DNA from: a virus
Lineage: Duplodnaviria; Caudoviricetes
Reading direction: 5' to 3' (one strand)
Virus record (IMG/VR): IMGVR_UViG_3300010885_022465
Location: 532-64,531 of that record
Length of the DNA stretch: 64,000 nt
Shown: one piece after another, positions 35,291 to 45,400 of the stretch
How the letters are laid out: every line of letters starts with the position of its first letter
Position numbering within the stretch: the stretch's first letter is position 1
Made by a program: the position numbers and the translations under genes
The notes under the pieces: generated by a model
The model's input: the letters and a program-made list of their open reading frames with translations, nothing else
Database searches by the model: none
Told to the model about the DNA's origin: nothing

Positions 35291-36465
35291 TAGTATTTAA
35301 TAATAAAGTTAATCCCAAGGTAAGGCTGCATAAGTGAAATAGCTGTGTTTGCCGAATTATTATTATCTACAGTGATTCCAGTAGTAGCATTTAAAATTGC
35401 AGTTGTATGTGGTTCCGTGGTTGCGGGAAGAAGTGGCGATAGAGAGGAAACAGGAAATGATGAGGAAGAAACTACAAGAGCACCTAGAGTACTTATACCA
35501 GTATTACTTACGGCTATATTATGTTCATGTCCATTATCTGTAATAGGGTGCATATGTTGAGGTAGCTCCTGCTCTTGAATTGTTTTTAAAGAATCACCTG
35601 CAGCGTCAGCTAAATTAATATACGTTGATGAACCAGGAACTGAACCTGTCCCAATAGGAACCCTACCATTAAAATTAGGTAACTGGAAATCACCTACACC
35701 TACACTTCCGTAATTAAAAGTACTTCCTATTACAGCATATAAATCAGGGTAATTTGCAATAGGAAGAACATCGCCATTACAAGGTAGCCACCCTCCTAAA
35801 GGAGCTTCCGTTGATGCATACATTTGAATGCTTCCAACAGGAATAACGTCAAAAGGAGCATCAAGACCTTTCTTAACAAAAGAAACTGTATATTGCTTGT
35901 TAGTATCAAATGTAGAATTTGCAGCTAAAAGAGTAACAGCAAATGAGTACATTGGGTCGGAATAATTAAATTGATTAACAGTGTAAATACCAAATTTTGT
36001 ATTATCGTCTACCTGATGAACCTGTATAATGTCTCCTATAGTAATGGCTCCTAACCAAGCACTAGCATTTCCTGTAGCACCATTTACACCTGCATATCCT
36101 GTTTTTGAAGTTTTGTTAAAATTCCAGGCAGTAACAGACTGAAAACTTGTATTAGGAGATTCAGAGTCAAATCCACCAGCAGTAAGGGGACCATTTGAAC
36201 TATCCCAAATAAGAGAATTTGAACCAGCATTACCTCTATCTCCAGCAGTTCCAGCAGTTCCAGCAGTTCCTTGAATACCTTGAGGACCTTGAGCACCTTG
36301 AGCACCTTGAGGACCAGTAAGGCTAACCATGCCTTCATCTATAGCCTCAAGAACATCATTTAATGTAGCATCAGCAGATACTAATATATTTGTGAAATTA
36401 GCATCTACACAGGTAATTTCTGATGTGCAAAAATTTTCGCAATCGTTACAATCGTTACAACTCAT
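35290..36465 (-). CDS. collagen-repeat / tail-collar domain fibre protein
   Basis: GPQGAQGAQ repeats; PVGSIQMYA...GWLPCNG...YPDLYAVIG...LPNFNGRVPIG; MQPYLGINFIIKY. Confidence 0.85.
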   Translation of the reverse strand: MSCNDCNDCENFCTSEITCVDANFTNILVSADATLNDVLEAIDEGMVSLTGPQGAQGAQGPQGIQGTAGTAGTAGDRGNAGSNSLIWDSSNGPLTAGGFDSESPNTSFQSVTAWNFNKTSKTGYAGVNGATGNASAWLGAITIGDIIQVHQVDDNTKFGIYTVNQFNYSDPMYSFAVTLLAANSTFDTNKQYTVSFVKKGLDAPFDVIPVGSIQMYASTEAPLGGWLPCNGDVLPIANYPDLYAVIGSTFNYGSVGVGDFQLPNFNGRVPIGTGSVPGSSTYINLADAAGDSLKTIQEQELPQHMHPITDNGHEHNIAVSNTGISTLGALVVSSSSFPVSSLSPLLPATTEPHTTAILNATTGITVDNNNSANTAISLMQPYLGINFIIKY

Positions 36466-36686
36466 TATTTTGTAATTTTATTTGTTAAACATGATACCTC
36501 ATCCATACCATAATCTTCATCATTCAGATTATTTAAAAATGTAAGTATAATAAAGTCCTTATAAAGACATGCCCATCCAGTACCCGTAGGCTTCGTTCCG
36601 AACATCTCTTCATTATATTTCGCTACAACGTTTTTGTAATAACGTGTACGAGATTTTAAGTATTCCTGTCTATTAACACGCTGCAT
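36465..36686 (-). CDS. hypothetical tail protein
   Basis: Coupled ORF in tail operon. Confidence 0.55.
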   Translation of the reverse strand: MQRVNRQEYLKSRTRYYKNVVAKYNEEMFGTKPTGTGWACLYKDFIILTFLNNLNDEDYGMDEVSCLTNKITK

Positions 36687-37431
36687 CGCAATCGCAATTT
36701 TTCTTTAACATATCTACCATTTTTTTTACAGCTTCCCAGTCATTATCACAAGAAGCAATATCTAACGCTTCCATAATAACCTGTAGTTTCATTGCCGTGT
36801 TGAAATCTTTGTTTTTAATCTTATCCTCGCAAGGATTAGATACAGTACCACAAAAAGCATTGTAAATAAAATCTCTGTAGCATCCCATTATCTTACGGCA
36901 TAACACGACTAACTTTGCTGTAACAGAATATCTAGTTAAGTCTGTTGATGTAGTGATTGTGTATTCTTCCCAATATCCAGGGTCTAATAAATCTCCAGGC
37001 ACATGATTACCTCCATCTAAGATGCTTTTCCATAATTTACCATTGCTAAAAACAATAGCTTTATTTTTCTTAATGTATGTAACATCTGATTGCCAAGCAG
37101 GGAAATTATACAATTGAATAGTATAAATTCCATCTTCATCTGCAGAATCAAATTGATAATCAAAGTTAATGATTCCAGTAGGAGACAAAGTTGTAATTAC
37201 CTCATCTCTAGCTTCTGTGGATAAAGAACTATACACGTATTGCTCTCCGTCAGGTCTTGTAACTATGATTTTTCTGTATCCAAAAGCATTATCATATCCT
37301 GATGGAGCAGGAACTATAGCTGTTAGCTTATGACCAACGGTTGTGTTGTCCCAAATTGAATCATCTGAAAATGAAATCTTTTGGCAATCACAATCTGTTC
37401 CTGTTATTGTAAGTATAGTATTGTATTGCAT
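36673..37431 (-). CDS. putative tail/fibre-attachment protein, Cys-rich ends
   Basis: 252 aa; AWQSDVTY...LWKS...W CBM-like segment; promoter CAAATATA at 37446. Confidence 0.6.
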   Translation of the reverse strand: MQYNTILTITGTDCDCQKISFSDDSIWDNTTVGHKLTAIVPAPSGYDNAFGYRKIIVTRPDGEQYVYSSLSTEARDEVITTLSPTGIINFDYQFDSADEDGIYTIQLYNFPAWQSDVTYIKKNKAIVFSNGKLWKSILDGGNHVPGDLLDPGYWEEYTITTSTDLTRYSVTAKLVVLCRKIMGCYRDFIYNAFCGTVSNPCEDKIKNKDFNTAMKLQVIMEALDIASCDNDWEAVKKMVDMLKKNCDCDAAC

Positions 37432-37475
37432 TTTTAACGTTTTTACAAATATAAGTTATTAATCATTATTATCAT

Positions 37476-40400
37476 TTAGAAGTCGCTTTTGAAATCATTT
37501 CCAAAATCACTTTTAAAATCATTTCCAAACTCACTTGAAGACCTTGCCTTTCTTCTTACTGTAGTATTTATTCCCATTTTACGGAGAGCTTTGTTTCTTT
37601 CTAAATTGTATGCTTTATCCTCTTGTTTTTGTTCAGCTGTTTTTGGTTCAGCTTTCCCTTTAAGGATTTCATTTTGTTTTTGACTAGAAATTGCCGTAGG
37701 ATTACCTTGTCTTAATTGCTCAAGTAAATATTCTCTTTTATCTTTCTGAGTTAAACTATTGTCTTTTTTATCAGGTTCTTGAACACTGAAACCGTAAAAA
37801 GACATCAAATTTAAAGCAGTACCTAGAATCTTCTGTTGAGTAGAACCTTCTTCATAAATAGGATTATCCATATTGGTCATAAAACTTTCAATAAACAACG
37901 GCATAGTTAAATCAATAGCTAATTGTTTTTTATCTAATTTTTCTCCTGTATTTTTTCTTTGTAAGAAATCAATGGTTTGATGGGTAATTGGAGCAGTTTT
38001 ATTTACAAAGTAATCTATAAAAGGAGTTGCCCATATTTCATTGTCTCCAGGTGTATTGTAGTTTATAGCTCTTCCTGATTGAGTTACTTTTTCTTCAGTT
38101 ACAAGCCTAGCAATAGCTCTTGGCAACATAAATATACCTCCTGACAAATCGATAAAAGTATCTCCTATTTTTAATTGACCAAAAACAGATGATGTAGGAT
38201 TAAAAGATATTCCTAAATTTTTATTTCCTATGTATTGTTTATCAAAAGTTCCTTTTCTTGCAGCTTTTTTAGCATCAGTCTCGTCTTCAGAGCTTCCACC
38301 AACACCGATTGCAATTGCTCCAGTAACTAATCCAATTATAGAAGCCTGACCAGCCATGTAATAAAGTATTTCTTTTTGAGCGTATCTTCTAGCTGCACCT
38401 TTAGGAACATCTAATCCAAAACTAATCATTCTTCTTCTTGAAGCCATAAGTTTAGTAGAGAAAAATACTCTCGACATTATTCCAGCTAATTCTTTGTTTG
38501 CAAAAACATTGGACTTACCTCTACCTGTCATTGTATTTATAGCTTGAGAAACGCCTTTTAACGTTGTAATTCCTTCTTTAGTTCTAATGTCAAAAGTAGG
38601 GTCTAAAGAAAGCATGTTATAAGCGTCTGTAAAGGCATTAATTCTTTGCAAGTTCAGATACCCTGAATATGCAGCTTCGGAACGTTTAAGTAAGTTTAAC
38701 CCTCTATTTTTAGATGATGTAACACCTTTGACATATCTTCCAAAATTTAATTTTTCTCCAAATAAAGGAACTGAATTTAACATTTGAGTACCAAAATATT
38801 CTTCTTCTTGCTTGGTAGAGTCTGTTATTTCTAATTTAGATTCCATCATTAATCCCCATAAAGGATTGTTAGCTTTTTGTTCAGCGATATATAAATCTAA
38901 TAATTCAGGTTTCCATGCGAATTTATGCATCAATCCAAAAGATTGAATTTCTCTTTTTACAGCTCCTTCATTTTTACCTAATAGCTCTCTTGGAATAGCA
39001 GATACTATTCTTACCCATCCTTGACGATACGGAGCAGATAAATCGACCATTGCTTTTAATCCCTTAGGAATTGAAAATGCATTTAAAATTGCTTCCGTGA
39101 ATTTTTTTGTATCTGAATATTGAGCTTTTTTTATTTTTTCAAGCCTGTACTGAGAATCATCTTTTATTTGTTCTAATTCAATTTTCTTTTGTGTTATTTC
39201 ATCATCAAGATATAGTCTTTTTTTAACAGGTTCAGGCATCTTAAATGTCTTACGCGCCATATCTACTTCAGCTTTATGTAAAGCGCGTATATTTGTAGTT
39301 GGAGTTATATTGTAAGATTTTAAAATTTTCATTACATCAGACGCAGAAATAGCCTTTGCTTTAATTGCATCTACATAATTACCATTTTGAACAGCAAGAG
39401 ATACTTCTCCAAAATTATTACCATTAGACTGCTCGTTTGTTAAAAAATGTTCAGGCTTGTCATTACCTAACAAATCTTTATCTTTATTAATAACGCTTGG
39501 TATGTCTAAATCATAAATTTGTTTGTTTGTTGCTTTGTATTTTCTAATTCTTTCTCCAAGTGTTTTTTTAACTTGGTCAAGTTTTTTAGCGTCAATTCCT
39601 GCTTGTTCTTCAGGAGTTAGTTCCATTCTATCCAATAAACCTTTCAATTCATCCTTGAGTTCTTTTTCTCTTGGAGTTATTTCTCTTTGTTCTCCCGACT
39701 GAGGGAAAGGTCTTTTTTTGTTTTCAGCATCTTCAATTTTTGATTTTGAACGAAGAATTGCTTTAGCTCTTAAAAATGCTTTATCTAATTCATCAAGAGA
39801 AGTAAATGTTTTTTCTCCATATCCACTAATTAAATCTGCAATTTCTCTATCTGTACGAACTATACCATGTTCAGACTCAAGATTTGACTTTATAGCTGTT
39901 ACTAAATCTTCAGGTTCAGTTATGCCTTTCTCAATGAATTGCATAATATAATCTTTAGTAAGATTTAATTTATCGTTCTTATCTACTGTTGGTTTAGTTT
40001 TTCCGTTGCCATCTCCTGACATTCCAGTAGAACCATCCCCAACAATTCCAGTTGTTCCGCTACCTACTTGTCCAGTTGTGCCACTACCTTCCTGTCCTGT
40101 ACCTTGATTTTTTTTAGATTCCTCAAGTTCTTTTTTAAGTTTTTCAATAGCGCTTGATACGCCTTCATTTGTTTCAGCTTCAGATAATTTTTTTTCTAAT
40201 TCTGCTTTTTCTTTTTGAAGTTGATTATATTTTGCTTGAATATTTACAAGTTCTTTTCTTTCATCAACAGTTAATGTTCTGTTTAATAATTTTTCTTCTA
40301 GTCTTACTTGTCTACCAAAATCAAAGTCATCACTTACTAAATAATCAAATAAACGAAAAGATGAACTGGTAGCTCTCCTTGTTGCTGCTGATATTAAAGC

Positions 40401-42020
40401 AATATTTTTATCTTCTCTCTCCCATTCTTTATTTTTTTCTTCGTAATCTTTCCAAAGTTCATGAGCTTCTTCATTTGTCATTTGTTTTTTAGCTTCATGA
40501 TATTTGTCGGCACTTTCTTTGATTTTGTCTGAAATATATTTTTTATATACAGCAACTCTAGCAACTTCATTAGGTTGTAATAATACATACTTTCCAGCTT
40601 CAGCATCTACAGCTCTAGCAGTAATAAAATCACTTACAGCTTTTCTATTGCCTTCATCTTGAAGGTGTTCTATTGCGTCTTGAAACAGTTGTTTATCTGA
40701 ATATGTATTTCCATTGTCAGATTCTTGTTCTGCTTCTTTTTCAAAACCTTCATAAAAATTAAAAGCATTTCTACTTCCTAAACCTGCGCCCTGACCATAA
40801 GTTTTTTCACCTTCAATTTTTTCCTGTTGAGCAATAACTTTTTCTAAGTCTAATTCTAGTTCAGCTAATTGAGCGTCAGTTAATTCTCCTAATTTAGTGT
40901 AGTTGTCAATAGTATCTTTACGAGCTTCTCTAATAGCATCACGTATTTTATATTTTGCATTAACTACTAAATTATTTACCCTTCTTTCAAATGCCTCTCT
41001 AATGTTCTCAGGTATAAGGTAATACGCAGCAAGTATTGAAGACTTAAGAGTGTTTTCTTTTTTGATAGCTTTCTCTGCAGCTTTATTGTTTTCAGTTAAT
41101 TGTTTTTCTTTTACAGCTAAAAATTCTTGAATATCTTTAGCTTCTTGCATCGTCATTTTACCTTCACCAATTAAATGGGTCATGTAATCTCCTAATGTCT
41201 TGAAAGTGTATGGTTCTTCTTTTGTGTCTATTTCTGAATTTATTACTTCCGTTGAAGTTATTTCTCCTTCTGCATTTGTAGATGTAATAGTCTTACTTGT
41301 TTTTACAGTTTCTCCTTTACTTGGGAATATGGTAATAGGCTCGTACCCTGAAAGTCTAGCATTAGTCCACTTACCAAGTAAGTCTTTTGGTTTCCAAGAC
41401 ATTTTATCAGCAATAGCTTGAGACGCTTCAGATACTTTTGAATCAGAAAATTTAACTTTTCTATCATGTTCGTTTACTTGTCTTTCAGGAACATAGTCAG
41501 GAATTTTTAATTCAGTAGGTCCTGATACTTGAGCAGCATAAAACTCACCTGTTTTTTTGTTTTCTCTAATTGCAAAGTCTACTTCTTTTTTAGTTCCAGG
41601 ATGTTTAGCTTTAAATGTTTTATTCATAGGGTCTACCTGACTAACCGTAAACTCCATCCCTTTAGAATCTTTTAATTTTTCACCTAATTGAATTGGGTTA
41701 GGCTGTTTTGTCTCTGCAGTAGGCTCAGGAGTAGTCTGTTCTTGTTTAACTTCAGCTTTTGGTTTAGCTGTTTTTTTAACTGGCTTTTTTTCAGCAACAG
41801 GTTGTTCAGTTTTAACTTCAGGTTCAGGAGCTTTAAACAAACTTTTTATTTGTTCAGATTGTTGTTTTTCCTCTTCAGTTAATTGAATAGGTTTTACATT
41901 AGCAGTAGGTTTTACCATTCCGTCAGTTACGTAATCCTGCAATAATCCATCTTTCAATTTCATTTTCAGCGTGTCCTCGGTCATCCAAGTACCACCTACT
42001 AAGTAATGTTTACAATCCAT
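37476..42020 (-). CDS. large internal virion (ejection/cargo) protein
   Basis: 1514 aa, helical, hydrophobic segment near C-terminus; position after nozzle and pilot-like genes. Confidence 0.65.
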   Translation of the reverse strand: MDCKHYLVGGTWMTEDTLKMKLKDGLLQDYVTDGMVKPTANVKPIQLTEEEKQQSEQIKSLFKAPEPEVKTEQPVAEKKPVKKTAKPKAEVKQEQTTPEPTAETKQPNPIQLGEKLKDSKGMEFTVSQVDPMNKTFKAKHPGTKKEVDFAIRENKKTGEFYAAQVSGPTELKIPDYVPERQVNEHDRKVKFSDSKVSEASQAIADKMSWKPKDLLGKWTNARLSGYEPITIFPSKGETVKTSKTITSTNAEGEITSTEVINSEIDTKEEPYTFKTLGDYMTHLIGEGKMTMQEAKDIQEFLAVKEKQLTENNKAAEKAIKKENTLKSSILAAYYLIPENIREAFERRVNNLVVNAKYKIRDAIREARKDTIDNYTKLGELTDAQLAELELDLEKVIAQQEKIEGEKTYGQGAGLGSRNAFNFYEGFEKEAEQESDNGNTYSDKQLFQDAIEHLQDEGNRKAVSDFITARAVDAEAGKYVLLQPNEVARVAVYKKYISDKIKESADKYHEAKKQMTNEEAHELWKDYEEKNKEWEREDKNIALISAATRRATSSSFRLFDYLVSDDFDFGRQVRLEEKLLNRTLTVDERKELVNIQAKYNQLQKEKAELEKKLSEAETNEGVSSAIEKLKKELEESKKNQGTGQEGSGTTGQVGSGTTGIVGDGSTGMSGDGNGKTKPTVDKNDKLNLTKDYIMQFIEKGITEPEDLVTAIKSNLESEHGIVRTDREIADLISGYGEKTFTSLDELDKAFLRAKAILRSKSKIEDAENKKRPFPQSGEQREITPREKELKDELKGLLDRMELTPEEQAGIDAKKLDQVKKTLGERIRKYKATNKQIYDLDIPSVINKDKDLLGNDKPEHFLTNEQSNGNNFGEVSLAVQNGNYVDAIKAKAISASDVMKILKSYNITPTTNIRALHKAEVDMARKTFKMPEPVKKRLYLDDEITQKKIELEQIKDDSQYRLEKIKKAQYSDTKKFTEAILNAFSIPKGLKAMVDLSAPYRQGWVRIVSAIPRELLGKNEGAVKREIQSFGLMHKFAWKPELLDLYIAEQKANNPLWGLMMESKLEITDSTKQEEEYFGTQMLNSVPLFGEKLNFGRYVKGVTSSKNRGLNLLKRSEAAYSGYLNLQRINAFTDAYNMLSLDPTFDIRTKEGITTLKGVSQAINTMTGRGKSNVFANKELAGIMSRVFFSTKLMASRRRMISFGLDVPKGAARRYAQKEILYYMAGQASIIGLVTGAIAIGVGGSSEDETDAKKAARKGTFDKQYIGNKNLGISFNPTSSVFGQLKIGDTFIDLSGGIFMLPRAIARLVTEEKVTQSGRAINYNTPGDNEIWATPFIDYFVNKTAPITHQTIDFLQRKNTGEKLDKKQLAIDLTMPLFIESFMTNMDNPIYEEGSTQQKILGTALNLMSFYGFSVQEPDKKDNSLTQKDKREYLLEQLRQGNPTAISSQKQNEILKGKAEPKTAEQKQEDKAYNLERNKALRKMGINTTVRRKARSSSEFGNDFKSDFGNDFKSDF

Positions 42021-42495
42021 TTCCTATCTCTTGGTCAAATACTATAACGTTATCTCCTGTAATTGCTAATCTTGCAAGTAAATCTCCATATTCTCCTACA
42101 GCTTTAACTTGAATTTTAATCATCTCTAATATGATGTTTTCACATCTAGAAGGTACTTCTTCTTCAACACTTTCGTAATATTCTAAAAGATTTAATTCCA
42201 TTTCGTATGCTTTTTCAAACATTTCGTCGATAGTTTCAATGTCTTCGTCTTGTTCTTCTAATGCTGGCATACAAATACGAACTCCCATATCATTTAGGAA
42301 TTTTGCTAACTTTTCAAAATGTTCGTTTTCATCTTTAGCTTCTGCTAAGAAAAATTTCTCACATCCAAACAATCCTTTCATTCTAGCTATGTTAGCCAAA
42401 TGTTCATATGTTTGTGAAGCAAGTTTCTCAAAATGACCTGCTTGGTTGAATAACTCTATTTCTTCAGGTTTTAGTAATTCTTTCATTATTAGCAA
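42010..42495 (-). CDS. ferritin-like protein
   Basis: Ferroxidase pattern E-x6-Y...FFLAEAKDENEH...E...Q. Confidence 0.8.
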   Translation of the reverse strand: MLIMKELLKPEEIELFNQAGHFEKLASQTYEHLANIARMKGLFGCEKFFLAEAKDENEHFEKLAKFLNDMGVRICMPALEEQDEDIETIDEMFEKAYEMELNLLEYYESVEEEVPSRCENIILEMIKIQVKAVGEYGDLLARLAITGDNVIVFDQEIGNGL

Positions 42496-45400
42496 TCTTT
42501 AGTTTTTAATTTTAGTTGTTCAACTATGGACTCAAAGTTATCATTAATTTCGTTAATATCATTCATTTCACTTTGGTATTGTGCTTCAAACTTTTTGTTT
42601 TTAACAGGGTTTTTACCTATTTGTCTTTTCTCGTGGAATGGGTTATTTTCCGTTACATCAAGCAAAGGTAAAGCCTCTAATTTTTTATTTTCTATTTCTT
42701 GTTTTCTTTCTTGAACTTTTGTGTCATCAGAAAGAACAGTTTTTGTTTCTTTAACTACAGTTGGAGTATCGTCTACTTGAGCATTTGTTTTACTTGTTGC
42801 AGGCTCAGTGGTGGATTGTACTCCTTCACCTTGTCCTGTTTGCGTACTTGACTCAGCTGTAGATTGAACGTTTCCATCAGTAGGAGTATTTGTTGACGTT
42901 GTGCTTTCATTAGTTTTTAATGATTCAATTTTTGCATCATACTCTGCATTTATTTTGTCAAGTTCTTTAGCATACTCAGGTTGTCTTTTTTCTCTTTCTA
43001 AACTTGCTTGTTCCTCATTGTCTGTATCAACTTTTTGAAATTTAGTAGAAAGTTCATTTATTGCTAAATCTCTTTCGTTTTCAATATCTTCAATTGTTTT
43101 TCCGCTTACCTCTTTGGATGGCTCTTGAACCACTCCACTTGTTTCAGTCGCTTGACTGCCTGTTTCTTGGACAGGTTGTTCTTGGATAGATTCTTCAGGT
43201 GTTCCGACTTCACTTGGTATCCCTGCTTGGTTTTGATTATCATTAGTTTCAGTATTAACTTGTTCTTCTTTTTCCCTTGAAGTTAATTCAGGCTCTGTAG
43301 TTGTAGGTTCTGTAGTAATTTCTTTTGATTCAAACTCTTGGTTGACCACTTCAACCGTACCGCCTTGAATTTGCTCCTCAGTAACTTTTTCTCCAGTCAT
43401 CTTCTCTACGTTAGCCTGAATGTTTTTAATGTCATTGTGAGCGTTAGGATTGACCTTCATGTAGATTTGAGCTAGCGCAGTTTTCTGTGGTAATGTAAGT
43501 TTTGCTTTTTCTGCAAAATCTAAGAAAGCATTAGAGTTAAAATACTCTTTACCTACTTGCTTATTAAATAGATTCCATGCGTCTGTTGATATTGCAGTTG
43601 AAGATTTTTCTCCGTCCTCCATATCAAAATAAACATGAGTAGCTGTAGGATTAGATTTAACTACGATTTTCTTAGTAACACCTATACCACCTTTAATACT
43701 TCCAAATAATGCAGAAGTAAACAAAACTGTTGCAGCTTGTTGTCCATCTCCATATCCTTTAGCCCAATCATTTCCTTCAACAATATTTGTACCTGTAACC
43801 TCAACATAAGTTTCAAGCATCTCATGGTGCATTTCACCAATCTTACCAGCTTCTTTTATTTTGTTTACGTAGTTAGTTAATTCATCTGCAGATGTAAAAC
43901 CTTTTTTACGCATAAAAGCTCCGACTACATTTCTTTTGAAAAATTGATTACTAGACATATAATCTATAACCTTTTTTCCTATAACATTGTCTAGCTGCTT
44001 CATTATTAATCCACCTGTTAATTCAGCTCCAGTAGAAATTAAACTACCTCCAAATGATTTCGCTACAGCTTCAAGTTCTCCTTCATGACCTTTTTCCATT
44101 TGTGCAATAGCATCATCCATAACTCCTGCGTGAAGCGCAACCATTGTTTCATTTACATTCTGTTGTTTTCTTTCTTTAAGAGAAGCAACAGTTCCTGGTT
44201 GAGCCGCTGTAGTTAAAAAAATTCTAGCCAATCCATTAGAACCTCTAGAAGCCATATTCATTACTTGTTGCGTAAACTTTACGGTTTCAGGATTAAGCAA
44301 TGCAGCACCTGCATTAGTTACAGCTTTAGATGAATCAACAATCGCATTAACAGCCATTCTTTCTCCTGCAGATTTTACAGAAGACTTTGCAAGAATTTCA
44401 GACGCTCCTGTAAAAGTTAAATTTAAACCTCCTTCAATAAATGCTAACTCTGACATTATAGATAAAGTTTGACCTACACCTGTACCTAATCCGTGAACAA
44501 AAGAAGTAGGAGTAAAATTATCAAGAGTTCCTTTTATTGTTTTTGTTAAAAGTAATCCTGCATCAGCTCTACTTGCTGTTCCATTGCTATAGTTTTTAGC
44601 TGCTTTAGAAAGTCTATCAGCGTCATAACTTCTAATTATACCTCCAATAAACGGAATGTCCGCTTCTGCAAAACCTTTAACAAAAGAGCTAAAAGTATTT
44701 TGTTCGTTTTCAGGTCTATCAATACCATCTTGAACTACTTCTAATTGATGTTTCCATTTAGCATATCTCTCATTATGGTAAGCATCTTTACCTAAAGTTG
44801 TCTCTAGGTATTTCATGTTAGCTACAATCTCTGCTTTAGAATCTTCAAGTATTGCTTTGTATTGAAATACATTTCCTTTTTCATCAGAAATTGCATCGTA
44901 GTTTGAGTAAACTCTAAATTTATCGTGTGCAGCTTTACTAATTAAATGAGAATAAACAGCCATGTCTTCAGATGTTTTAGCCCTCAATGGACCTGTCCAT
45001 TCTGTAAAATGTTTGTTTAATCTTTCTTCTTCATTCTTTGGAGTAGGAACGCCTGTGCCTGCAAAAAACTCTGTAGAATCAGCAACGTGCTTATTCCAAA
45101 GGTTTTCAGTCATTACCTTTTTTGTTTGGTAATCAGCTTTTTTATACGCAGTAGATTCCTGTAAAGCATCAGTAGAATTATAAACATTGTATTGAGCTAA
45201 ATATCCTGATTGTCTTTCAAGTTTTTTTAATCCTGTGGTATAGTTTTTTTGTAAATCTCTGACACACTCATCTCTCAAGCTAGCAGCCATAGAAATTTGC
45301 GCTAATTGAGTTTGTTTGTTTAAGTTATCAGTTTCTGTTTTTAAATGGTCTGTGTACGCTTTATTTAATTCTTTGTATTCAGGAATTGCACTTAACTTTC

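Noticed and set aside
36236-36315. 9-bp tandem repeats
   Set aside because: Explained by collagen-like Gly-X-Y coding
37485-37535. 24-bp tandem duplication at the end of the 1514-aa gene
   Set aside because: Encodes FGNDFKSD twice; a simple low-complexity tail with no other support
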